Shown in pieces: positions 9,495 to 18,233 of a stretch of DNA of 64,000 nt (position 1 is its first letter; every line of letters starts with the position of its first letter). The stretch is from positions 37,464 through 101,463 of the forward strand of contig JAUQQC010000003.1 in assembly GCA_030550025.1 (NCBI GenBank). Direction: 5' to 3'. The translations under genes were made by a program, and so were the position numbers. Below the pieces are notes generated by a model, which worked only from the letters and a program-made list of their open reading frames with translations, did not search any database and was not told where the DNA came from. This stretch comes from Acidobacteriota bacterium. Its GTDB lineage: Bacteria > Acidobacteriota > Blastocatellia > HR10.

Positions 9495-9776
9495 ATGCAA
9501 CTGGAACCCGAGGCCTTGACCACGACACCTTCGCCCGAAACGCCCTCTGAGATGGGACCTGCTCCGGCAGCGCCACCTACGGCCAAGCCCGCCAAGAAAG
9601 CGGCGGCCAAGAAGCCGGCGGCGAAGAAAGCGGCCGCAAAGAAACCGGCGGCGAAGAAGCCGGCCAAGAAGGCAGCGGCCAAGAAGCCGGCCAAGAAGGC
9701 GGCGGCCAAGAAGCCGGCGGCGAAGAAAGCGGCCGCAAAGAAAGGGGCAAGGAAGGCGGGCGTGAAGAAGAAGTGA
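9495..9776 (+). CDS. histone H1-like Lys/Ala/Pro repeat protein
   Basis: 93 aa. The C-terminal two thirds are AKKPAAKKAAAKKPAAKKPAKKAAAKK repeats. Strong RBS GGAGGAG, and a terminator hairpin lies downstream. Confidence 0.7.
   Translation: MQLEPEALTTTPSPETPSEMGPAPAAPPTAKPAKKAAAKKPAAKKAAAKKPAAKKPAKKAAAKKPAKKAAAKKPAAKKAAAKKGARKAGVKKK
9603..9743 (+). repeat. perfect 42-bp direct repeat (9603-9644 and 9702-9743) inside the H1-like CDS
   Basis: gcggccaagaagccggcggcgaagaaagcggccgcaaagaaa occurs twice, 99 bp (33 codons) apart, so it is an in-frame coding repeat. Confidence 0.85.
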
Positions 9777-9809
9777 GCGCTTACGGAGTGGACGGCGCCG
9801 ACACGTTTT

Positions 9810-9853
9810 CGCCTCTCATCAGAGCGATGGCGGGCTGATGAGAGGCGCTCTTT
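9810..9853 (+). terminator. hairpin terminator after the H1-like gene
   Basis: 13-bp stem cgcctctcatcag / ctgatgagaggcg (9810-9822 and 9835-9847), followed by ctcttt. Confidence 0.65.
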
Positions 9854-10048
9854 AACCGACAAAGCGAGGTCGACAGTCGAAGATTTTGATGACCTCATCT
9901 GGGGATGTGTCGCTTCACAACCCCAAGGGCTTGAGGCGAAATCCGCACACCGGGCGAGACGGTGAACGATCACGCACTATCCGTTCGCCAATGTCCAGAG
10001 GACTGGTCAAACGGCTCAAAGTCGGGTAAAATTCCACTCATCAGCGGT

Positions 10049-10127
10049 GGCGAGCATAGCTCAACCTGGTCAGAGCACTTGACTGTGGATCAAGGGGTTG
10101 CGGGTTCAAATCCCGCTGCTCGCCCCA
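10049..10127 (+). tRNA. tRNA-His (anticodon GTG), with encoded G-1 and CCA
   Basis: Manual cloverleaf. The 8-bp acceptor GGCGAGCA/TGCTCGCC includes the G-1:C73 pair. D arm is GCTC-aacctggtca-GAGC. Anticodon arm is CTTGA-CTGTGGA-TCAAG (GTG at 10085-10087). T arm is GCGGG-TTCAAAT-CCCGC. CCA is at 10125-10127. A TAAAAT -10-like box is at 10027-10032. Confidence 0.9.
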
Positions 10128-10166
10128 CTCCCTCTCGTCTTCTCCCCCGTGAGGAGGTGTTCGCCC

Positions 10167-10901
10167 TCAATACCAATTCCGCAGCCGGACCTCGATCCCC
10201 GACTCTCCCTTGAGCGCGTTCAGGAAGACATTCAGATCGGAATTGCGGTAGTGATAAGGATAGACGATCTTCGGTCGGAAGGCCTTCACGCATTCTGCGG
10301 CTTCTTCAGGCGGCATCGTGAAGGGCAGGTTCATGCAGATGAAGGCAACATCTATCCCCGTCAAGGCCTTGATTTCCGGAACACACTCGGTATCGCCGGA
10401 GATGTAGATGCGCTTCCCCCCGAGCGTGAGCACATACCCATTGCCGCGTCCCTTCGTATGATAGAGCTGTCCCGGACTGGGACCGCGAACGAGATTGTAC
10501 ATGGGGACAGCCTCGATGGTGATCCCGTCCACGGTCTTCCTCTCGCCATTTCGGATGATCTGCGCCTCGCGGATGGTCTCAGCAACAGCAGCCGGAGCCA
10601 AGATCACCGTCGTCTCCTTCTTCAACTGATCGACCATCGCCCGATCCATGTGGTCCGAATGGACGTCGGTGATCAGGATGAAGTCGGCCTTCGGGAGGCC
10701 CGCGTAGTTCCCTCGGCTCCAGGGGTCCACGTGAATGACCTTCCCTCGGAACTCCAGCATGAGACTCCCATGCGTGATGGGTCGGATCCGAAGCTCTCCC
10801 TCATCAGTGCGCAGGACATCCACGTCCCCCCCCTGAGGCCAGAGAGCTCCCATTCCCTCCAACGCGATCACCAACATGAAGATCGAGACCGTGCTCTTCA
10901 T
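10167..10901 (-). CDS. secreted metallo-beta-lactamase-fold hydrolase
   Basis: Signal-like MKSTVSIFMLVIALEG. Contains ILITDVHSDHMD (HxHxDH-type motif) and later His/Asp positions. Confidence 0.75.
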   Translation of the reverse strand: MKSTVSIFMLVIALEGMGALWPQGGDVDVLRTDEGELRIRPITHGSLMLEFRGKVIHVDPWSRGNYAGLPKADFILITDVHSDHMDRAMVDQLKKETTVILAPAAVAETIREAQIIRNGERKTVDGITIEAVPMYNLVRGPSPGQLYHTKGRGNGYVLTLGGKRIYISGDTECVPEIKALTGIDVAFICMNLPFTMPPEEAAECVKAFRPKIVYPYHYRNSDLNVFLNALKGESGIEVRLRNWY

Positions 10902-11080
10902 ACGTCCCTCCCGTTCTCCAAAAGATCATGCGGACTCAATGAATGCTAGAGGGAGCGCTTTCATCGAGCAAGTCGAATTCACCGAGCGAGCAACCAAAGC
11001 GCACGGTTTTCCCGTGATTGACAAGTACGCGCGCCCTCTCTAGAATTCCGCCGAAAAGGGTGCGAAGCCGGGGAGAAAAG

Positions 11081-12175
11081 ATGCGCGTTCAAGATTTGGA
11101 GACGCCAGCAGTTCTCATTGACCTTGAGGTCATGGAACGCAATCTCGCCCGCATGGCCGAATATTGCCGACAGCACGGGCTCGCGCTGCGCCCGCACACG
11201 AAGACGCACAAGATCCCGGAGCTTGCGCATCGCCAGATCAAAAGCGGGGCCTCGGGCATCACCGTCGCCAAGTTGGGGGAGGCGGAGGTGATGATCCAAG
11301 CGGGGCTCACCGACATCCTGATCGCATATCCGATTGTGGGTCGGGAGAAGGCGGCGCGCTTGGCGGCTTTGGCCGAACGGGCATCGCTTACGGTCTCGCT
11401 CGATTCCGAAGAAGCTGCGCGTGACATCTCCCGAAGTGCACAGGAGCGTGGCGTGCGCGTCGGCCTGCTCGTCGAGCTGGATGTCGGCTTCCGGCGGTGT
11501 GGCCTTCAGCAACCGGAAGAGGCGGTCGCTCTCGCCCGTCTGATCCAGGATCTGCCGAATGTGGATTTTCGCGGCCTGATGTTCTATCCTGGCCACTTCA
11601 TGGTCCCCGAACCCGAACGGCGACGACTCCTTGAGGACGTCAACGTCCGCCTCGGCCGCTTTTATGAGGCCTTCGATCGAGCGGGCCTCCCGATCCCCAT
11701 TGTGAGCGGGGGATCTACCCCGACAGCCTATATCTCCCACAAATTCGCTGGGGTGACGGAGATTCGCCCCGGGATGTACATCTTCAATGACCGCACGATG
11801 GTCGGCCTCGGCGTGGCTCGCCTTGAGGATTGTGCCCTCTCGGTACTGGTGACCGTCGTCAGCACGTCCGTCTCCGGACGCGCGATCGTAGATGGGGGAT
11901 CGAAGACCTTCTCCAACGACCAGTATCGCACCGGCGATGGCCGCGGCTTCGGCCTCGTGCGAGAGGATCCGGAAGCGGAAGTGGAAGCGCTCTCCGAAGA
12001 GCACGGGCATTTGGACATCTCGCGCTCCTCCCGCCGCTATCGTGTGGGGGAACGCTTGAGGATCATCCCGAATCATGTCTGTACCGTCATGAACCTGCAC
12101 GATGAGGTCTACGGCGTTCGGGGAGATCACGTAGAAGCCGTATGGCGCGTCGCTGCTCGGGGCCGCGTGCGATAG
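11081..12175 (+). CDS. D-TA family PLP-dependent enzyme (D-serine dehydratase / D-threonine aldolase-like)
   Basis: Contains TPAVLIDLEVMERNLARM...LRPHTKTHKIPELAHRQI...GITVAKLGEAEVM, where HTKTHK carries the PLP lysine, and a C-terminal IPNHVC. ATG at 11081 follows GGGAGA. Confidence 0.8.
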   Translation: MRVQDLETPAVLIDLEVMERNLARMAEYCRQHGLALRPHTKTHKIPELAHRQIKSGASGITVAKLGEAEVMIQAGLTDILIAYPIVGREKAARLAALAERASLTVSLDSEEAARDISRSAQERGVRVGLLVELDVGFRRCGLQQPEEAVALARLIQDLPNVDFRGLMFYPGHFMVPEPERRRLLEDVNVRLGRFYEAFDRAGLPIPIVSGGSTPTAYISHKFAGVTEIRPGMYIFNDRTMVGLGVARLEDCALSVLVTVVSTSVSGRAIVDGGSKTFSNDQYRTGDGRGFGLVREDPEAEVEALSEEHGHLDISRSSRRYRVGERLRIIPNHVCTVMNLHDEVYGVRGDHVEAVWRVAARGRVR

Positions 12176-12253
12176 CGTGCAACCAGAGGAGGGGCCTCCA
12201 CCGTAGTCACCGATGCACATGACCGCTCAAGCCCGACTGTGGAGGGAGGGTCT

Positions 12254-14338
12254 ATGATCAACACGGTTCGACGAATCCTCGTTCTCACGCTCGTCCTGGG
12301 GCTCATCGGGGCGATGGCCCCAGCTTTCAGCCAACAGAAGGTCAAGCTCTTGGACAAGGAGACCTTCTTGGAAATGGAATCTGTCGGGAACCCCAGCATT
12401 TCGCCCGACGGACAACAGATCATCTTCACCCGAACGTGGGTGAACAAGATGCGGGATGAGTACAACAGCAACCTTTGGATCGTAGATGTCGCGGGCACGC
12501 GCGTGCGCGAGCTGACGTCCGGGAACTGGCGCGACAGCTCGCCCGTCTGGTCCCCGGATGGCAAGCGGGTCGCGTTTCTCTCGAACCGGGATGGCACGAC
12601 GCAGATCCACGTGATGTGGGTGGACACGCGCGAGATCGCCCAATTGACGCATCTGGAGCGAGCGCCGAGCGACCTCCGATGGTCGCCCGACGGGAAATAT
12701 CTCGCCTTCACGATGCTCGTTCCCGACACGGATCCCGTCCTCCCGATCAAGCTGCCGGAGCGACCGGCCGGGGCTCAGTGGGCGCGGCCGGCCATCGTCG
12801 TGGACCGGCTCACGTGGGCCCGTGACGGCCAAGGGTTACTGCCGCGCGGCTATACGCATGTCTTCGTGATCGATGCGACGCTCGGGGGCACGCCTCGTCA
12901 AGTCACCAGCGGTAAGTATAACCACGCCGATCCGGAGTGGTCGGCCGATGGAAGGACGATCTACGTCTCGGCCATTCGTAAGCCCGACTGGGAGTATCTG
13001 CGCGGCGACACGGAGATCTATGCCGTTGATCTCCAAACGCTCGACATCAAACCGCTCACCGATCGGCGAGGTCCGGACGCAAATCCTACGGTCTCCCCAG
13101 ATGGTCGCTGGATCGCTTACACGGGCTATGATGAGAAGGGCTACACCTTTCACATCTCGAGCCTTTACCTGATGGATAAAGAGGGTGGAAACAAGCGCGT
13201 CCTCGCCGATAATCTGCCCAGCTCGCCGATGGCTGTGACGTGGGCTCCCGATGGCTCAGGCGTGTACTTCCTCGTCGGGGAGAAGGGGACGACCGGCATC
13301 TACTTCGCCTCGCTTGATGGCAAAGTCCGAAAGGTCCTGGAAGGGACGCACGTTCTCTCCGGCTTCTCACTCGCCAAGAACGGGCAAGTCGCCACCGTGC
13401 GCTCGACGTTCAAAGAACCGGGCGTGCTCGTCACCTTCAACCTGCGCGATCCGGCGAATCTGAAGAAACTCGTGGACGTCAACGAGGACGTACTCGCGGG
13501 CGTGAAGCTCGGCGATGTCGAGGAGCTGTGGTTCACCTCAAGCGATGGATGGAGAATCCAGGGCTGGCTGATCAAACCCGCGGAATTCGATCCCACGAAG
13601 AAGTACCCGATGGTGCTCTGGATCCACGGCGGCCCTTGGGCGATGTACAACGTGGCCTTCAACTGGGCCTTCCAGAATTTCGCGGCCAACGGCTACGCCG
13701 TCCTCTATACGAATCCGCGCGGGAGCACCGGATACGGGCAAGAGTTCGTCAATGGCATCCAGTACGCCTATCCGGGCAAGGACTATGACGATCTGATGGC
13801 CGGCGTGGATGCCGCGCTTGCCAAGGGCTGGATTGACGAGCGCAATCTCTTCGTCTGCGGTGGCAGCGGTGGCGGCGTCCTCACGGCGTGGATCGTCGGG
13901 CACACGGATCGGTTCGCCGCGGCCGTCTCCATGCGCCCGGTCATCAACTGGCATTCGTTCGTGGGGACGACCGATGGCCCTAACTGGTACTACCAGTTCC
14001 GAAAATTCCCGTGGGAAGATCCGATGGAATACGCGCTCCGCTCCCCGCTGCATTATGTCGCCAATGTGAAGACGCCGACGATGATCATGACGGGGGAGGC
14101 CGATCTCCGCACGCCGATCGGCCAGAGCGAGGAGTTCTATCGCGCCTTGAAGATGCTCCGGAAGGAAACGTTGCTTGTGCGCATGCCCGAGGAATACCAC
14201 GGCTGGCGCCGACCCTCGCATCAGTTAGCACAGCAACTCTATCTTCTCGCCTGGTTCGAGAAGTACAAGCGAAAGGATAAAGACGTTCCCGTCGAGAATG
14301 CCTCTCAGCAGGCCGGGCGCGCGCGACAGGAACCGTGA
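12254..14338 (+). CDS. S9 family serine peptidase (beta-propeller plus alpha/beta hydrolase)
   Basis: Signal peptide, repeated SPDG propeller blades, nucleophile elbow FVCGGSGGGVL, GEADLRTP (Asp) and EEYHGW (His). ATG at 12254 directly follows GGAGGGAGGG. Confidence 0.85.
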   Translation: MINTVRRILVLTLVLGLIGAMAPAFSQQKVKLLDKETFLEMESVGNPSISPDGQQIIFTRTWVNKMRDEYNSNLWIVDVAGTRVRELTSGNWRDSSPVWSPDGKRVAFLSNRDGTTQIHVMWVDTREIAQLTHLERAPSDLRWSPDGKYLAFTMLVPDTDPVLPIKLPERPAGAQWARPAIVVDRLTWARDGQGLLPRGYTHVFVIDATLGGTPRQVTSGKYNHADPEWSADGRTIYVSAIRKPDWEYLRGDTEIYAVDLQTLDIKPLTDRRGPDANPTVSPDGRWIAYTGYDEKGYTFHISSLYLMDKEGGNKRVLADNLPSSPMAVTWAPDGSGVYFLVGEKGTTGIYFASLDGKVRKVLEGTHVLSGFSLAKNGQVATVRSTFKEPGVLVTFNLRDPANLKKLVDVNEDVLAGVKLGDVEELWFTSSDGWRIQGWLIKPAEFDPTKKYPMVLWIHGGPWAMYNVAFNWAFQNFAANGYAVLYTNPRGSTGYGQEFVNGIQYAYPGKDYDDLMAGVDAALAKGWIDERNLFVCGGSGGGVLTAWIVGHTDRFAAAVSMRPVINWHSFVGTTDGPNWYYQFRKFPWEDPMEYALRSPLHYVANVKTPTMIMTGEADLRTPIGQSEEFYRALKMLRKETLLVRMPEEYHGWRRPSHQLAQQLYLLAWFEKYKRKDKDVPVENASQQAGRARQEP

Positions 14339-14348
14339 ATCCTTCCGA

Positions 14349-14402
14349 CTCACGCGGGCTCGCGTCAGAGGCGGTGTCGCCCAGACGCGAGCCCCGCGTG
14401 AG
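14349..14402 (+). terminator. long GC-rich hairpin between the S9 peptidase and prolyl oligopeptidase genes
   Basis: ctcacgcgggctcgcgtc (14349-14366) pairs with gacgcgagccccgcgtgag (14384-14402), giving about 18 bp with one bulged C. There is no T-tract, so it may be a terminator or an mRNA-stabilising element. Confidence 0.45.
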
Positions 14403-14435
14403 CCGCGCTGAAGCGTTCTCCAAGGAGGGAGCACC

Positions 14436-16553
14436 ATGAGAGGATCGAGGGGACAAGGCTTGAGGATCGGATTTGTACTTCTTCTCCCTCTTCTTCTATC
14501 GTGGGGAGGAGCGAGGGCACAACTTCTTCGAAAGCCACCGACGACGCCGACGGACAACGTCAAAGAGGTCCTGCATGGCGTTGAGATCGTCGATCCCTAT
14601 CGATGGCTCGAAGACCAATGGGACCCGAAGACACGGGCTTGGATCGAGGAACAGAACGCCTACACGCGCGCGTTGCTCGATACGGTCGCCGGGCGCGAAT
14701 GGATCCGACGGCGCCTCACGGAGTTGATGAAGGTGGAGGCTATCGGACTGCCCGTCGAGCGCGGCGGCCGATACTTCTTCGCCAAGCGACGCGCTGATCA
14801 AGAGCAATTCGTCCTCTACATGCGGAAGGGACGTCAGGGACTGGATGAAGTGTTGATCGATCCACACCCCTGGAGCCCGGACCATACGACGAGCGTGACG
14901 CTGCTGGACGTCTCCGATGACGGGACCGTGCTCGCTTACGGCGTGCGCCAAGGCGGAGAGGACGAAATCACCATTCGGCTCTTCGATGTCGAGGCGCGCC
15001 GGGATCTCCCCGATGTCCTCCCCAAAGGGCGATATTTCGGCCTCTCGCTCACGCCCGATAAAAGCGGCTTCTACTACACGCGCCATACCCCGGAAGGCCC
15101 ACGCGTTTACTTTCACCGGCGGGGTGAGGATCCGGCGCGCGACCGCGAGATCTTCGGTCGCGGCTACGGCGTGGACAAGATCATCAATGCCACGCTCTCG
15201 GAGGATGGGCGATATTTGCTCTTCACGGTCTCACATGGCGCCGGAGCCCGTCGAACGGAGATCTATCTTCAAGATGTGGCGCGCGGCGGTCCCATCCTCA
15301 CGGTCGTCAACGACATCGAAGCGCGATTCAGCGGAGAGATCGCCGGAGACACGCTCTATCTGCTGACGAACTGGAACGCTCCGCGGGGTCGCCTTCTGGC
15401 CGTGAACGTGCAGGATGCCGCAGCGCGCGACCGATGGCGCGAGATCATCCCGCAATCCTCTGCAGTGATCAACGGCTTCGCCCTGGTCGGAGGGCGGCTC
15501 CTGGTGAACCATCTGGAGAACGTGCAGGCGCGCGTGCGGATATTCGATCCCGATGGGAAATTCCTCGCCGAGATCCCGCTCCCGACGATCGGTTCAGTCA
15601 GCAGTGTGAGAGGACGTTGGACGAGCCCGGAGGCCTTCTACGCCTTCTCCTCCTTCCACATCCCGACGACGATCTATCGCTATGATGTGAGCACGGGGAC
15701 ATCGGAGGTGTGGGCCACCTTGAAGGTGCCGATTCGCAGCGAGCAGTTCGAAGTCAAACAGGTCTGGTATGAGTCGCGCGATGGGACGCGCATTCCGATG
15801 TTCATCGCCCATGCCCGTGGCCTGAAACTCGACGGCGCGCGTCCGACATTGCTCACCGGCTACGGCGGGTTCAACGTCAGTTTGCTGCCGGGCTTCTCAG
15901 CGCGCGCTCTCCTGTGGATGGAGCTGGGCGGCGTCTACGCGTTGCCGAATCTGCGTGGCGGAGGGGAGTTCGGCGAAGAGTGGCATCGCGCGGGGATGTT
16001 GGAGAAGAAGCAAAATGTCTTCGATGATTTCCTCGCCGCCGCCGAATGGCTCATCAAAAACGGCTACACGAATCCTTCGCGTCTGGCCATCTCCGGCGGC
16101 AGCAATGGAGGACTCCTCGTCGGAGCGGCCCTCACGCAGCGTCCGGAGCTGTTCGCTGCTGTCGTTTGCTCCTATCCGCTGCTCGACATGATTCGCTATC
16201 ATCGCTTTCTGGTCGCTCGCTTCTGGATCCCGGAGTACGGGTCCTCGGACGATCCGCAACAGTTCAAGTACCTGCTCGCCTACTCGCCCTATCATCAGGT
16301 GAAACCCGGCACGCGATATCCGGCCGTCCTCTTCATTACCGGAGATGCCGATACGCGCGTGGACCCACTCCACGCGCGAAAGATGACGGCGCGACTTCAA
16401 GCGGCCACGACTTCGGACCGACCGATCCTCCTCCGCTATGATACGAAAGCCGGCCATTCCGGCGGCCTGCCACTCAGCAAACAAATCGAAGACCTGACCG
16501 ATGAGCTGAGCTTCCTCCTGTGGCAGCTCGGCGTCCGAAGTCCGGAGAGCTGA
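14436..16553 (+). CDS. prolyl oligopeptidase (S9A)
   Basis: DPYRWLED signature, seven-blade propeller region, ISGGSNGGLLVGAA nucleophile, GDADTRVDP and KAGHSGG. RBS GGAGGGAG. Confidence 0.9.
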   Translation: MRGSRGQGLRIGFVLLLPLLLSWGGARAQLLRKPPTTPTDNVKEVLHGVEIVDPYRWLEDQWDPKTRAWIEEQNAYTRALLDTVAGREWIRRRLTELMKVEAIGLPVERGGRYFFAKRRADQEQFVLYMRKGRQGLDEVLIDPHPWSPDHTTSVTLLDVSDDGTVLAYGVRQGGEDEITIRLFDVEARRDLPDVLPKGRYFGLSLTPDKSGFYYTRHTPEGPRVYFHRRGEDPARDREIFGRGYGVDKIINATLSEDGRYLLFTVSHGAGARRTEIYLQDVARGGPILTVVNDIEARFSGEIAGDTLYLLTNWNAPRGRLLAVNVQDAAARDRWREIIPQSSAVINGFALVGGRLLVNHLENVQARVRIFDPDGKFLAEIPLPTIGSVSSVRGRWTSPEAFYAFSSFHIPTTIYRYDVSTGTSEVWATLKVPIRSEQFEVKQVWYESRDGTRIPMFIAHARGLKLDGARPTLLTGYGGFNVSLLPGFSARALLWMELGGVYALPNLRGGGEFGEEWHRAGMLEKKQNVFDDFLAAAEWLIKNGYTNPSRLAISGGSNGGLLVGAALTQRPELFAAVVCSYPLLDMIRYHRFLVARFWIPEYGSSDDPQQFKYLLAYSPYHQVKPGTRYPAVLFITGDADTRVDPLHARKMTARLQAATTSDRPILLRYDTKAGHSGGLPLSKQIEDLTDELSFLLWQLGVRSPES

Positions 16554-16576
16554 TCCGCGTTCGCGGAGAAAGTTCC

Positions 16577-16759
16577 TCTGGTCCGGGCACATCTTACCAG
16601 ATCGGCGCACGAGCCGAAATGGGGTCGGTCCACCGAGACTCCTCGCGCGCCGTTGGCGTCTTGGCAATCGAAGGGCGATCCTTACGAAGACGACTCCCTC
16701 GCGGCTCGCCGATGGACCACCGGTCTGGTAAAATTTCTCCTCTCCAAGGAGTAGACGCA
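16577..16759 (+). promoter_or_regulatory. structured nadA leader (candidate riboswitch or attenuator)
   Basis: Tandem imperfect repeats GACTCC(C)TCGCG..GCCG.TGG at 16637-16656 and 16692-16715. ACCAGA (16596-16601) can pair either with TCTGGT (16577-16582) or with TCTGGTA (16724-30). ACTCC in both repeats is complementary to the SD GGAGT (16748-16752). Confidence 0.35.
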
Positions 16760-17800
16760 ATGGGGACGAGACGATTCGACGGTCGTACCTTTCACGAGCG
16801 GTTCACCCGCTACGCGGCGGATTTATATCCCGGGCGATACGAGAGCTTGAGCTTTTGTGAGGAACTGGCCGAGCTGGCGAATGAGATCTTGGAGTGGAAG
16901 GAGAAGCGCGATGCCGTCATCCTCGCCCATAACTATCAGCTCCCCGAAGTTCAAGAGATCGCCGACTTCATCGGCGATTCGCTAGGGCTCAGTCAGCAAG
17001 CGGCTCAAACCCCGTCGCGGGTGATCGTCTTCTGCGGCGTGCATTTCATGGCGGAGACGGCGGCGATCCTCTGTCCGGAGAAGCTCGTGCTGCTACCGGA
17101 CCTGGAGGCAGGTTGTTCCCTGGCCGCGTGCGTAACGGCTCCTCAATTGGCCGCCTGGCGTGAGCGAAATCCTGACGCCGTCGTGGTCACGTATGTGAAT
17201 TCGACGGCCGATGTCAAAGCCCTCTCGGATTACTGTTGCACTTCGCGCAACGCGCAGAGAGTCATCGAGGCGATCCCCGAAGATCGAGAGATCCTCTTCC
17301 TCCCGGACAAGTACCTGGGGGCGGTCATCAGCGGGCTCACCCGACGTTCCCTCACGCTCTGGCCCGGCCAATGCCACGTCCACGCGAAGATCGCCGAGAC
17401 GGCGATCGAGCGCGCTCTGGAAGAACACCCAGACTCCGAGATCCTGATCCATCCCGAATGCGGATGCGCAACGACGTGCTTGGCTCGGGCGGTCGCCGGG
17501 CAGCTCCCACGCAACGCCTACTTCCTCTCGACCGAAGGCATGGTGCGGCACATCGAGACCTCCAAAGCGAAGACGTTCCTCGTCGCGACCGAGAAAGGGA
17601 TGGTCTATCGGCTGCGCGTGCTCTATCCCGATCGCACCTTTTACCCGGTCTCGCATGACGCCGTGTGCGAGTACATGAAATGCACCACGCTGCCCAAGGT
17701 CTTGCGCTCGCTCAAGGAGTTGATCCATCCGATCCGCGTCCCGGAGGAGATCGCTGCCCGTGCCCGAAGCGCGATCGCTCGCATGCTCGCGCTCACCTGA
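16760..17800 (+). CDS. nadA: quinolinate synthase
   Basis: Contains AVILAHNYQLPEVQEIADFIGDSLGLS, FCGVHFMAETA and ILIHPECGC. ATG at 16760 lies 8 nt after AAGGAG. The listed ORF start at 16520 overlaps the upstream gene. Confidence 0.9.
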   Translation: MGTRRFDGRTFHERFTRYAADLYPGRYESLSFCEELAELANEILEWKEKRDAVILAHNYQLPEVQEIADFIGDSLGLSQQAAQTPSRVIVFCGVHFMAETAAILCPEKLVLLPDLEAGCSLAACVTAPQLAAWRERNPDAVVVTYVNSTADVKALSDYCCTSRNAQRVIEAIPEDREILFLPDKYLGAVISGLTRRSLTLWPGQCHVHAKIAETAIERALEEHPDSEILIHPECGCATTCLARAVAGQLPRNAYFLSTEGMVRHIETSKAKTFLVATEKGMVYRLRVLYPDRTFYPVSHDAVCEYMKCTTLPKVLRSLKELIHPIRVPEEIAARARSAIARMLALT

Positions 17801-17910
17801 GCGCATCGCCCGCGACCGACTGCGGCCGCGCACCAAGACCAACGAGGAGAACGTCGTCCCCACGCCCAGAGTTTCGGTTCGCCACATCCGAAGGAGCGTC
17901 CGCCATAGCC

Positions 17911-18233
17911 TCAGCCGATGAGGAGATCGTCGATCAGCCGAGCGACGCCCACGCGCGCGGCAACGAGCACAAGGGCCGGCCCTTCGATGCGCTCCAGGCG
18001 AAAATGCCCCAGGCGACTCGTCCCCTCCAGCCGCTCCGCTAGAGGATCAGTCACCTCGACCCACGTGCTGAATCCGGTGGGGTACATCTCCCCGACCGCG
18101 GGGATGAAAACTACGTCTGCGGCTGATCCTACAGCTCATCGAGACCTCCCCCGCAGGGATCGCATTGAATGATATCGGCTCTCCTTGCGCAACGGACGGA
18201 TCGCCGCGCTCGTGAGCGCTTCAGCGACTTCGC
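17911..18233 (-). pseudogene. panC: decayed pantoate--beta-alanine ligase remnant
   Basis: The minus-strand frame reads AADVVFIPAVGEMYPTGFSTWVEVTDPLAERLEGTSRLGHF and then jumps straight to a PanC C-terminus, GPALVLVAARVGVARLIDDLLIG-stop. There is an in-frame TGA at 18136-18138. Upstream, only frame-shifted traces remain (IRPLRKESRYHS versus FVNPLQF..ED..RYPR). Only about 107 codons of space are available, against about 280 aa for an intact PanC. Confidence 0.65.

Noticed and set aside
9585-9775. Short tandem repeats that could be mistaken for a CRISPR or non-coding satellite
   Set aside because: The repeats are in frame within an ORF that has an RBS and terminator, and they encode AKKPAAKK units. 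There is no repeat-spacer architecture and no cas genes.
10979-12220. 413 aa minus-strand ORF opposite the D-TA family PLP enzyme. Similar cases are 29660-31021, 35990-36979, 49366-50589 and 56957-58141.
   Set aside because: All are antisense to genes with strong motif support, so I treated them as non-coding shadow ORFs.
16520-16759. 80-codon N-terminal extension of nadA
   Set aside because: It overlaps the upstream peptidase gene end and has no NadA similarity. The ATG at 16760 has a proper AAGGAG RBS. I interpret the region as a structured leader instead.
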